From sequence record DRR723986_6714: a stretch of 38,293 bases of DNA. One strand, given 5' to 3'. The translations under genes were made by a program, and so were the position numbers. The stretch's first letter is position 1; each line of letters starts with the position of its first letter. The notes below the pieces were generated by a model that had not been told where the DNA came from, did not search any database, and was given only the letters and a program-made list of their open reading frames with translations. Below, one piece after another: positions 7,772-16,364 of the stretch.

Positions 7772-9178
7772 ATGACAAATCCACTTCTGGCGACCGACAG
7801 CTACAAGCAGTCGCATTTCAAGCAATACCCTCCGGAGGCCCGCAGGATTTCCGCTTACCTGGAAGCAAGGCCAAATCCGTTTTCGGACAGCGTCTTGTTC
7901 TTCGGGCTGCAAACCTACCTGAAGGACGTGCTTCTCAAGCCGATCACGGCATCGGACATCGAGGCGGCTGATCGGATCTGTGCTGCCCATGGCGTTCCCT
8001 TCAACCGGGAAGGTTGGGAACAGATCCTGACAGATCACGGTGGCCTGTTTCCGCTGGAGATCAAGGCGCTGCCGGAAGGAACACTGGCACCGACTGGTGT
8101 ACCGCTGGTTCAGGTGGAAAACACCGACGAGCGCATGCCCTGGCTGACGACCTGGGTGGAAACCGCCTTGTTGCGGTCGGTCTGGTACCCGTCGACGGTT
8201 GCCACGTTGTCTTTCAAGTGCAAGGAGATCCTGTATCGCGGTCTTCTGGACACGTCCGACGATCCAGACAGCCAGATCCCGTTCAAGCTGCACGATTTTG
8301 GCGCGCGCGGTGTATCTTCTGCCGAAAGCGCCGCTCTTGGCGGCATGGCCCATCTGGTCAACTTTGCCGGCACCGACACCATGGAAGCTCTGGAAGCGGC
8401 CATGACCTGGTACGGCGCGGATGTGGCGGGCTTTTCGATCCCGGCAGCTGAACACTCGACCATGACGAGTTGGGGCCGTGAGCGGGAAGTCGACGCGTAC
8501 CGGAACATGCTGATGCAGTTTGGCCGTCCCAATGCTCTGGTGGCGGTCGTTTCAGACAGCTACGATCTCGGCAATGCTGTCGAGAACCTGTGGTGCGGCC
8601 GGTTGAAGGACGAGGTGCTGAAATCGGGGGCAACGGTCGTCATCCGCCCGGATTCCGGCGACCCTGTCGAAATGCCGTTGAAGGTTATGGAAACCCTTTG
8701 GCAGCACTACGGCGGCTCGGAAAACAGCAAGGGTGCGCGCGTATTGCATCCGTCGGTTCGCGTCATTCAGGGTGACGGCATGAAGCTCGACACCATCAGG
8801 CAACTGGTGGAAGAGCTGGTGCGTCGCAATTGGTCAGTCGACAACATCGCCGTCGGAATGGGCGGGGGACTGTTGCAGCAGGTCAACCGGGACACGATGC
8901 GCTTTGCCATGAAGGCAAATGCGATGAAAACCGCTGATGGTACCTGGCGCGATGTCTCCAAGAACCCGGCGACCGATCCCGGCAAGGCCTCCAAGGCCGG
9001 TCGGCAGGCGACGGTCCTGGAAAACGGAGTGCTGAGCGCGGCTCGTCTCGAAGCGGTTGGCGGCAGAACCGATCAGTTGCAGAAGGTCTACCGCAATGGC
9101 GTGCTGGTGAAGGACTGGACTTTCGAAGAGGTACGCGCTCTGGCCCATAAGCACCTGTTGGAAAGGGTGGCGAGCTGA
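7772..9178 (+). CDS. nadV: Nicotinamide phosphoribosyltransferase (NadV/NAMPT type)
   Basis: TDSYKQSHFKQYP, LHDFGARG, GTDT, SIPAAEHS, VSDSYD, IRPDSG, IQGDG motifs; RBS GAGGAG. Confidence 0.88.
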   Translation: MTNPLLATDSYKQSHFKQYPPEARRISAYLEARPNPFSDSVLFFGLQTYLKDVLLKPITASDIEAADRICAAHGVPFNREGWEQILTDHGGLFPLEIKALPEGTLAPTGVPLVQVENTDERMPWLTTWVETALLRSVWYPSTVATLSFKCKEILYRGLLDTSDDPDSQIPFKLHDFGARGVSSAESAALGGMAHLVNFAGTDTMEALEAAMTWYGADVAGFSIPAAEHSTMTSWGREREVDAYRNMLMQFGRPNALVAVVSDSYDLGNAVENLWCGRLKDEVLKSGATVVIRPDSGDPVEMPLKVMETLWQHYGGSENSKGARVLHPSVRVIQGDGMKLDTIRQLVEELVRRNWSVDNIAVGMGGGLLQQVNRDTMRFAMKANAMKTADGTWRDVSKNPATDPGKASKAGRQATVLENGVLSAARLEAVGGRTDQLQKVYRNGVLVKDWTFEEVRALAHKHLLERVAS

Positions 9179-9243
9179 CCTCATGATTGACCCATGGTGT
9201 TGGCCGGATGACCGGCCAGCGCTGGAAACAGTGGTACGGACGG

Positions 9244-10461
9244 CTAAAGGGCCGTCCGTTGCCAATCCGGTTCGTAGGTGATGTCGGAAACGCCGGCAAA
9301 GCGGGCGGTGCGTTCCAGCTCCGCCTGTAGTTTGGCCTCTCGGCCCTTTGAGGCTCTGATGCCTTGTTCCGGCCAGTAGGCCCGCACATGAAGCCTGTTC
9401 TCGCTCCTGAGTGCCTTCATGTCGATGCGGCCGATCAAACGGTCGCCTTCCAGGACAGGGAAGACGTAGTAACCGTATTGGCGTTTCGGCTCAGGCACGA
9501 AGATCTCGATCCGGTAGTAGAATCCGAACAGGCGCTCGGCCCTTTTGCGGTCGCGAAGTGCAGGATCGAACGGCGACAGGATCCGCACCCGCGAAGGCGG
9601 TTCGGGAAGCTCGGAAACGGTATCCAGCGTTTCCGGATAGGCGAAAACCTTCCGCCAGGATCCATCGACACACTCAACTTCAATTTCGGTAATCGTGCCC
9701 GCAGCCTTTGCTGCCGTGCACCAGTCCTTGGCTTCCTGTGGCGTGATCAGGTCCCAGAAGGCAGCAATCTCGCCGGAGGTCGCAAAGCCCAGCCTGTCGA
9801 GCGCGGAGCGGGCTGCCCATTCTGTCGTTTCTTCAAAGTCATGAGCAGCATTGAGATGTTGCGCCGGAATGACCCGTTCCGTCAGGTCGTAGACTTTCTG
9901 AAACCCGTTCCGGCCGGTAACCGACAGTTCGCCGGTGCGCCACAGAAACTCGAGTGCTGCCTTCGAGGGGTGCCATTCCCACCAGCCGCCATTGCTGCGT
10001 TGCTCGTCTTCACCGACAGATGCCGACGTGACCGGACCATGGTCGCTGATCCTGTTCAGAATCTCGTCGAATTTCCGTTCGAACTCGTTCTGGTGCCAGT
10101 TGCGCCACCTGTTGATGAGGTTTTCCTTGTCCCGGCTGAATCGCAGGCGCCAATGCCGGAAGAACTCTGTCGGTATGACCGACGCATCGTGCGTCCAATG
10201 CTCGAAAAGATGCCGGTCACGCTCGGCAAGAAGCTTGAGGTTCTTTTCCTTGTAGGCCGGTCGCCGGGCAGCCAGGATCATGTGGTGCGCGCGGGCGACA
10301 GTGTTGATGCTGTCGAGTTGCACGAAGCCTATCTGGTCTATGACCGCAGCAAGATCGTCGCCTTTTCCGCTTCCCTTGGGGGCGGATGCAAGGCCGTGTC
10401 TTTCGAGGAAGAGGTGCCGAGCGATACGATTCGGCAGCCGGGGCAGGGGCGAGGCACTCAT
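9244..10461 (-). CDS. YcaQ/AlkZ-family (HTH_42) DNA crosslink repair glycosylase
   Basis: GFVQLDSINTVARAHH (QxD), FEHWTHDAS, ILSPFDP, YRIEIFVPEPKRQYGYYVFPVL..DRLIGRID. Confidence 0.9.
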   Translation of the reverse strand: MSASPLPRLPNRIARHLFLERHGLASAPKGSGKGDDLAAVIDQIGFVQLDSINTVARAHHMILAARRPAYKEKNLKLLAERDRHLFEHWTHDASVIPTEFFRHWRLRFSRDKENLINRWRNWHQNEFERKFDEILNRISDHGPVTSASVGEDEQRSNGGWWEWHPSKAALEFLWRTGELSVTGRNGFQKVYDLTERVIPAQHLNAAHDFEETTEWAARSALDRLGFATSGEIAAFWDLITPQEAKDWCTAAKAAGTITEIEVECVDGSWRKVFAYPETLDTVSELPEPPSRVRILSPFDPALRDRKRAERLFGFYYRIEIFVPEPKRQYGYYVFPVLEGDRLIGRIDMKALRSENRLHVRAYWPEQGIRASKGREAKLQAELERTARFAGVSDITYEPDWQRTAL

Positions 10462-10601
10462 GCGGCAAGGCTAGCATCTTCCAGGTTTCAAAGAAAATGA
10501 CCGCAGTGATCTTATTGTAATTTTTTGCAAGAGCGACAGATGCCGTTGTCAAAATGAAACCGCAAATACAACGCATGCACACGTAAAACGTGTTTTTTTG
10601 A

Positions 10602-10617
10602 TTGACCGATTAGTCAA
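10602..10617. promoter_or_regulatory. Palindrome TTGAC-N6-GTCAA, candidate TetR-type operator
   Basis: TTGACCGATTAGTCAA in an AT-rich divergent intergenic region. Confidence 0.35.
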
Positions 10618-10673
10618 AAGAAGTTTCACTGATTTGTCTGACTTCATTCATGGCTTTGTTTGAGCGGTATAAA

Positions 10674-11480
10674 ATGAGTGTTTTCAATCATTTGAGAAAG
10701 AGAATACTGGTTTCGGGTCTTGCTTGCCTGGCTTTGACACTGTCCTCTGCTGCCCGTGCCGACACGAATGAGTGTTCCTCCGTCAAGTTGAATGGTTCCA
10801 GTGTCTGGTACCCGATTTCCATGCGCCAGGAAGCCGATGTCAGCCTCAACGGTGTGTTTCCCGACCTCGCAATTGAAATCTTTTCAGCATTGGATTTGCC
10901 TTTGGTCATGGGGCCGGATCTACCGTGGAAACGGCTTTTGACATTGCTTGAGCATGGGCAGATCGACGTTCTGGCGGGGGCCTATCTGACTGACGAAAGG
11001 CTCGCCAAGTTCGGCGTCAGTCTGCCGGTCATGCGCGAAGATGTCGGTGTCTTTGTCCGCACCAGCCTGGATATCCGCCCTGCATCGCTTGAAGACCTTG
11101 CGGGACTGAGGGGCGTTGCACCGTTCGGGGCATCGTTTGGCGAAGAATTCGAGACCTATGCGGCTGCCAAACTGTCCATTGATCGGCAACCCTTCGACGA
11201 CTTCAAGACCAACATGTACCTGCTGGCAGAGGATAAGGCCGATTATCTGGTCATTGCCCGCCGGGACGGCGAGATGATGATCCAGGAAGCCGGGGTCGAA
11301 GGAAAGGTCGAAGTCCTGCCGTGGTCTGCGGCTGTCAACACGGTTCATTTCCTGTTCTCCCGCGCGACGCCGTGTATAAGAATGCTGCAGACCTTTGATG
11401 AGGAACTGCAGCGTCGCCGTGAATCCGGTGAGCTGAACAAGCTGATCGAAGGCTACACTCTGCCCACGGGCGACGGATAG
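10674..11480 (+). CDS. Periplasmic substrate-binding protein, family 3 (orphan)
   Basis: Signal peptide ending ARA-D; PWKRLLTLLEHGQIDVLAGAYLTDER motif; start at 10650 or 10674. Confidence 0.82.
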   Translation: MSVFNHLRKRILVSGLACLALTLSSAARADTNECSSVKLNGSSVWYPISMRQEADVSLNGVFPDLAIEIFSALDLPLVMGPDLPWKRLLTLLEHGQIDVLAGAYLTDERLAKFGVSLPVMREDVGVFVRTSLDIRPASLEDLAGLRGVAPFGASFGEEFETYAAAKLSIDRQPFDDFKTNMYLLAEDKADYLVIARRDGEMMIQEAGVEGKVEVLPWSAAVNTVHFLFSRATPCIRMLQTFDEELQRRRESGELNKLIEGYTLPTGDG

Positions 11481-11517
11481 AAGAAGCAAGAGACCCCATG
11501 CAGCAACAGGTGAAGGC

Positions 11518-12285
11518 GTGACGGATTTAGGCGCAGCCGGTCCGGGACTGATACTGATTGCCGTGCTGGTGTTTCTGAGCGCAGGGTTCATCAAGGGGCT
11601 TGTGGGCTTCGGATTGCCGACAATCGGGCTTGGCCTGATGACTGTTTTTGTCGGTGTCGAAAAGGCGATGGTCCTTATCCTGTGGCCGGCATTCCTGACC
11701 AACCTCTGGCAAAGCCTGTCCGGTGGTTACCTGCGCGTTCTCTTGCCCCGTCTCTGGCCCTTTCTGGTGTCAGCCGTGGTGATGCTCGCCGCCGGAACCT
11801 TCATCCTCACCCAGTTGCCGGAAGGTGCCGCCGATCTGCTTCTGGGGATACTGATGGTTTCCTACGCGGTGCCGATGCTTGCAGGGCTGGTGCTGCATAT
11901 TCCGGAAAACCGGGTCGTCCCGGTTGGAGTGGTCGTCGGGCTGGTCAACGGTGTCCTTTCGGGACTGACGGGGTCCTACACGGTGCCCGGTGTCATGTAT
12001 CTGCAGGCGCTGGGGCTCACGCGAGACGAGCTTATCCAGGCAATGGGTCTCTTGTTCCTGCTGTCGACGACGGCGCTCGGTATTTCACTTGGCGGTTTCG
12101 GACTGATGGGAGGCCAGGAAGCAGTGGCCTCTGCTGCGCTGGTCGTACCGGCCCTGTCCGGCGTCTGGTTTGGACAGCGCACACGCAAGAAAGTGTCGGA
12201 GGTCGGTTTCCGCCGGCTCGTGCTGGCAGCCATCCTCGCCCTTGGCCTTTACCTCATTCCACTGGGTCTCTGGCGCCTGCTCTAG
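11518..12285 (+). CDS. Sulfite exporter TauE/SafE family membrane protein
   Basis: AGFIKGLVGFGLP and internal repeat NGVLSGLTGS; about 8 TM segments. Confidence 0.88.
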   Translation: MTDLGAAGPGLILIAVLVFLSAGFIKGLVGFGLPTIGLGLMTVFVGVEKAMVLILWPAFLTNLWQSLSGGYLRVLLPRLWPFLVSAVVMLAAGTFILTQLPEGAADLLLGILMVSYAVPMLAGLVLHIPENRVVPVGVVVGLVNGVLSGLTGSYTVPGVMYLQALGLTRDELIQAMGLLFLLSTTALGISLGGFGLMGGQEAVASAALVVPALSGVWFGQRTRKKVSEVGFRRLVLAAILALGLYLIPLGLWRLL

Positions 12286-12355
12286 CTTTTCCGGCAGAAT
12301 TCGTGGCGGGAAATCGTGGCGCTTGGGGGCGCAGCCAAGGACTTGCGTTTCCAAT

Positions 12356-12482
12356 GTCATTCCAGCAAAGCGAAGCGCGAGCCGGGACAGAGACAACGTT
12401 GTGTTCGCTGTCTTCTTCGGCTTGTTTCGCCAGATCTCGGCTCACCGATCACGGATCTTCGCTACGCCACGTCATGGTTGAC
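12356..12482. repeat. Degenerate alphaproteobacterial REP-like element (GTCATTCC...GAC ends)
   Basis: GTCATTCCAGCAAAGCGAAGCGCGAGCCGGGA at the left and CGGATCTTCGCTACGCCACGTCATGGTTGAC at the right resemble dispersed rhizobial palindromic repeats; only one copy in window. Confidence 0.4.
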
Positions 12483-12495
12483 CATGGCGGGCTAC

Positions 12496-12523
12496 AAAAA
12501 AACGCCGCGAAGACCACGGCGTT
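12496..12523 (-). terminator. Rho-independent terminator of GlxA-family regulator gene
   Basis: Minus strand AACGCCGTG-GTCTT-CGCGGCGTT followed by TTTTT. Confidence 0.7.
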
Positions 12524-12549
12524 CGAGAACTGGTTTTTCTGGCCGCGTC

Positions 12550-13584
12550 TTACTTTGCGATCAGCCGCATGGGGGTGGCGGTGCCGACCCCGGATGTTGT
12601 CTTGGTGTTGGCCCACTGGTAGGACTGACGTTCCTCCGTCGGTGTGCACAAGAAGCGCTCGCGGTAGCATTTTGTGAAATGCGAGGTGGAGGCAAAGCCG
12701 CAGGCCAAAGCGACATCCAGCACCGGGCGGCTGGTCCGGCGCAACAGGTCGCGCGCGGTTTCAAGGCGCAGGCGCAAGTAGTACTGGCCGGGCGTGCAGT
12801 TGAAATGACGCCGGAACAGGCGCTCCAGCTGGCGCGGCGACAGGTTGACCGTCATCGCAAGTTGCTGGCAGCTCAGCGGGTCTTCGATATGCAAATCCAT
12901 GATCCGGATCGCGTCGAGGATCTTGGCATTCGAAATGCCGGTCCGGGCCTCGATGTCATGGCGCTGTGCAGATTCGCCGGAACGCATGTTCTGGTAAAGA
13001 GCGACTTCGGCCACTTCATGGGCAAGATAGGCACCATGCTGGATCGCGATCAGGCGCAGCATCATGTCGAGCGACGCCATGCCGCCGGCACAGGTGATAC
13101 AGTTGCGGTCGATGGCAAAGATATCGGACGTTACTTCGACATCCGGAAATTCTTCCCGCAGGGATCGCAGGTTTTCCCAATGGATGGTGCAGCGTCGACC
13201 GTCGAGAAGATGATACCGGGCAAGCAGATAGGCACCGGTGCAGATGGCGCCAAAGGTGCGGCCCATTGCGTTCAGACGGCGCAGCTTGTTGCCGAGTTCC
13301 GTGTCCAGCGGCAGGCGCTCGACGTCGATGCCGGTGCACAAAAGTGTAATGTCGGCATCGTGCAGGTCGCGAATAGATTTTTTGACCGCGACTTCGCAGC
13401 CGTTGCTCGCCGTGACGGGATTCCCGTCAAGCGAATAAGTTGTCCATTGGTAGTACTCTCTTCCCAAAAGGCGATTTGCTATTCTGACAGGTTCGATAAC
13501 GCTGGCGAAAGCGTTCATGGAAAATCGCTCCATGAGCACGAATGCTATCTTCTGGCCTGATTCATCGTGCGCGCGTCCGGACAT
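12550..13584 (-). CDS. GlxA-family (DJ-1/GATase-like + AraC HTH) transcriptional regulator
   Basis: FSMNAFASVIEPVRIANR, GAICTGAYLLA, CTIHWEN, LSPRQLERLF, VALACGFASTSHFTKCYR. Confidence 0.94.
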   Translation of the reverse strand: MSGRAHDESGQKIAFVLMERFSMNAFASVIEPVRIANRLLGREYYQWTTYSLDGNPVTASNGCEVAVKKSIRDLHDADITLLCTGIDVERLPLDTELGNKLRRLNAMGRTFGAICTGAYLLARYHLLDGRRCTIHWENLRSLREEFPDVEVTSDIFAIDRNCITCAGGMASLDMMLRLIAIQHGAYLAHEVAEVALYQNMRSGESAQRHDIEARTGISNAKILDAIRIMDLHIEDPLSCQQLAMTVNLSPRQLERLFRRHFNCTPGQYYLRLRLETARDLLRRTSRPVLDVALACGFASTSHFTKCYRERFLCTPTEERQSYQWANTKTTSGVGTATPMRLIAK

Positions 13585-13701
13585 TTACTGTGCCTCTATG
13601 GAAGGTATTATTGCCATTTGTCTTTGGCTTTCAGCAAGTTTTGCAGTTTGTATTTATCTGTCAAATAAAAAACGCTTACAGACCTGATATTCTCGTAAAT
13701 G

Positions 13702-14547
13702 TCACAAACGAATTGGCAACGTTGCCCAGCCCATCATCCAGGTGCGGAACATTTCATCGGCAAATGCTGTCTTTTTCACCGCGATGCCGACGCTGCGCCG
13801 CTCCAGGCCTTCATGGTCGAGCGGGACGCCAGTCAAAGTATCCTTCATCTTCAAATGACCGGCAGGAAGGATGGCAGCGCCAAAGCCCAATCCGGCCAAT
13901 TCCAGTACCTGCTGATCGTTGACCGCTTCAGCTGAAACATTCAACGGCAGGCCCGCCAGGGCGAATTCAGCCAGCAGGGCATCATAATTCGGGCAATACC
14001 TGCGGGAGATCAGGGAAACGGACTGAAGGTCGTTCATGGAAATCCTGTTGCGCCCGGCCAGCGGATGAGACCTTGCAACGGCAAGTACGTAAGGCTCGCT
14101 GTAGAGTTCCCGGTACTTGTGGCTCTTGGGTGAACAGGCCTTGTCGACCAGAGAAAGTTCCGCGTCCGCCGCTGCCTGCTCGAAACGCATCTCCAGTGTC
14201 GGATAAGTGGTGCGCAGGGCATGGAACGCCCCCTGAAACGCGGGAAGCAGAATATCGGGCGCCGTATAGAGGCTCAGGCGAAGCGGGGGTTCTTTCAGGA
14301 AGCGGTTCTCGGCCTCTCCGACAGCCCGCAGGATAGACTGGGCATGGTGATATAAATCGCGACCAGCCGGTGTCGGGCGTAACCCGGTGCGAGAACGGAC
14401 AAACAGCGACGTTCCAATTGCGTCTTCAAGTTTCTGCAAGGCCTGGGACAAGGACGGTTGGGAAATACCATGTCCCGAGGCTGCCGCGCTGATCGTTCCC
14501 AATTCGAAGGCGCTGACGAAATAGCGAAGCGGGGTCACTTCAAGCAT
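13702..14547 (-). CDS. LysR family transcriptional regulator
   Basis: LRYFVSAFELGTISAAA...ISQPSLSQALQKLEDAIGTSLFVR; C-terminal substrate-binding domain. Confidence 0.92.
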   Translation of the reverse strand: MLEVTPLRYFVSAFELGTISAAASGHGISQPSLSQALQKLEDAIGTSLFVRSRTGLRPTPAGRDLYHHAQSILRAVGEAENRFLKEPPLRLSLYTAPDILLPAFQGAFHALRTTYPTLEMRFEQAAADAELSLVDKACSPKSHKYRELYSEPYVLAVARSHPLAGRNRISMNDLQSVSLISRRYCPNYDALLAEFALAGLPLNVSAEAVNDQQVLELAGLGFGAAILPAGHLKMKDTLTGVPLDHEGLERRSVGIAVKKTAFADEMFRTWMMGWATLPIRL

Positions 14548-14560
14548 AGGAATTGCCTAT
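14546..14560. promoter_or_regulatory. LysR T-N11-A recognition box
   Basis: ATAGG-AATTG-CCTAT palindrome at the LysR start, facing the divergent gene. Confidence 0.6.
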
Positions 14561-14653
14561 ATCAATGATAGAAAGCATAGGAGTATACTGCGAAATGTGT
14601 TGAGGGCACAACTCGGGCGGTCAATTGCAACGCCGTACCGAAGGAACTCCCGA

Positions 14654-15094
14654 ATGAATTCCGCAATACCCCTGTCTCCGTCAGAAACCTTTCCGCTGCC
14701 TCGAACCGAACGGATCGCCATTCATCGTGTGCTTGATCTGTTTGAAAAAGGGTCACCGGAACTCTTCGGCGAACTGTCGGAACAGCTGGATTTCCGTATC
14801 GACCACTACCGCGATGAAACCGACGTTGCCTGGCAGGTGGCCTCCGGGCTGGAGGAAATGGCTGGTGTCCTGCAGCGCCTTGCACAGGACGTTTTTCCGA
14901 AGGGAACACATATTCTCGCTCTCGCCTCCCAGGCATTGGGGCAGGGATGGTTCCTGACCCGTTTCGAGCAAAGGTTCTTCTATCCTGTCAGGAACTGCGA
15001 ATGCGAAAGCATCACCTATATCCTCAGCCACGAAGACCACGGAAAGCTCGATTTCTTTCGGGAAACCGTGACGACAATTGAAGAAAGACGCTGA
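14654..15094 (+). CDS. Hypothetical protein, possibly NTF2/SnoaL-like fold
   Basis: RBS AAGGA, 146 aa; helix-then-beta pattern ending DHGKLDFFRETV; divergent from LysR. The fold is an inference. Confidence 0.65.
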   Translation: MNSAIPLSPSETFPLPRTERIAIHRVLDLFEKGSPELFGELSEQLDFRIDHYRDETDVAWQVASGLEEMAGVLQRLAQDVFPKGTHILALASQALGQGWFLTRFEQRFFYPVRNCECESITYILSHEDHGKLDFFRETVTTIEERR

Positions 15095-15307
15095 CGTGTA
15101 ATGCAGGTGGCGTGGCCGTCCGGCATCGCCGGATGGCCCGTCAGGAAAGGCCTGCGAATGCCTGCAGGCCGGAATCTTGAACATTTTTAGAATGATTTTT
15201 TTGAACTAAGTGCGTTTAGTGGATCGCAGTTGCTTCAAGTCAAGGCTGGACTAGTGCTACATGAGGCACAATCTAATACGAGCGCTGACATACGGACCAA
15301 GATTGAC

Positions 15308-16120
15308 ATGAACGTACTTGCCAAACCCGCCGACCTCGAAGCTGCCGCCCCGGCTGGCGCTTTCGTCGAGGAAGTGAAATCCGTCCAGCATTACACGGAC
15401 CGCCTGTTCCGCTTTCGCATGACACGTCCGGCGAGCTTCCGCTTCCGGTCCGGGGAATTCGTGATGATCGGTCTGATGATCGACGGCAAGCCGCTCTATC
15501 GCGCTTATTCCATCGCCAGCCCGGCATGGGACGAAGAGCTCGAGTTCTTCTCCATCAAGGTTCCGGACGGCCCGCTGACGTCTCATCTTCAGAAGATCCA
15601 GCCGGGTGATGCCGTGCTGATGAAGAAGAAGCCGACCGGCACGCTGGTGAACGATGCCCTCATCCCCGGCAAGCGCGTCTACATGTTCTCCACCGGAACC
15701 GGCATCGCACCGTTTGCGAGCCTGATCCGTGACCCGGACACCTACGAAAAATTCGACCAGGTGATCCTGACCCATACCTGCCGTGAAGTTTCCGAGCTGA
15801 AATACGGCGAGGACCTCGTGCAGGAAACCATCAACGATCCGCTGATCGGTGAGTTCGCAAAGGACAAGCTTGTCCATTACACCTCCGTGACCCGGGAAGA
15901 CTTTCCGCGTCAGGGCCGTATCACCGATCTGATCAAGTCCGGCAAACTGTTTGAAGACCTCGGCGTGCCGCCGCTCGATCCCGCCGTTGACCGCGGCATG
16001 ATCTGCGGTTCCATGGACATGTTGAAGGACACCAAGGCGCTTCTGGAAGAAGCAGGCCTCACCGAAGGTGCAAACAACAAGCCGGCAGAGTTCGTTGTCG
16101 AGCGTGCGTTTGTCGGCTGA
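15308..16120 (+). CDS. fpr: Ferredoxin--NADP+ reductase (bacterial subclass I)
   Basis: FRSGEFVMIGL, RAYSIAS, DGPLTSHLQ, STGTGIAPF, MICGS, VERAFVG. Confidence 0.96.
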   Translation: MNVLAKPADLEAAAPAGAFVEEVKSVQHYTDRLFRFRMTRPASFRFRSGEFVMIGLMIDGKPLYRAYSIASPAWDEELEFFSIKVPDGPLTSHLQKIQPGDAVLMKKKPTGTLVNDALIPGKRVYMFSTGTGIAPFASLIRDPDTYEKFDQVILTHTCREVSELKYGEDLVQETINDPLIGEFAKDKLVHYTSVTREDFPRQGRITDLIKSGKLFEDLGVPPLDPAVDRGMICGSMDMLKDTKALLEEAGLTEGANNKPAEFVVERAFVG

Positions 16121-16132
16121 GTCGGCAACGGC

Positions 16133-16147
16133 TTAATCTGTTATTAA
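16133..16147. promoter_or_regulatory. CtrA-like box TTAA-N7-TTAA upstream of neuB-like gene
   Basis: TTAA TCTGTTA TTAA, an exact match to the consensus spacing. Confidence 0.5.
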
Positions 16148-16163
16148 TGCTTAGATCTTTGGC

Positions 16164-16192
16164 CGGGGGCGCGTGTTTAACACGTGCCCCCG
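16164..16192. terminator. Hairpin downstream of fpr
   Basis: CGGGGGCGCGTGT...ACACGTGCCCCCG stem followed by an AT-rich stretch. Confidence 0.45.
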
Positions 16193-16364
16193 CGGCTTTA
16201 TTAATGATCTATTTTGGGTTTTCCAAAGAAAGCAGGGTCGATACACCCTAATATGGGGTTCGCGGGTGGACAGACATTGCCTGCAGTGGCAAGAATCTGT
16301 CTTAAAAATGGCAAGTCAGCAGGGCCACTTGAACGCTGCAGGCCAAACATCAAGGTACTGAGCC

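Noticed and set aside
12316-13560. 414-aa plus-strand ORF
   Set aside because: Antisense to the GlxA-family regulator; no recognisable motifs.
15186-15202. Irr/ICE-like box upstream of fpr (TTTAGAATGATTTTTTT)
   Set aside because: Only the left half matches TTTAGAA-N3-TTCTAAA; too weak to call.
13702-16120. LysR as a FinR-type regulator of fpr
   Set aside because: The LysR is divergent from the 14654 gene, and hairpins plus a separate AT-rich promoter region separate that gene from fpr.
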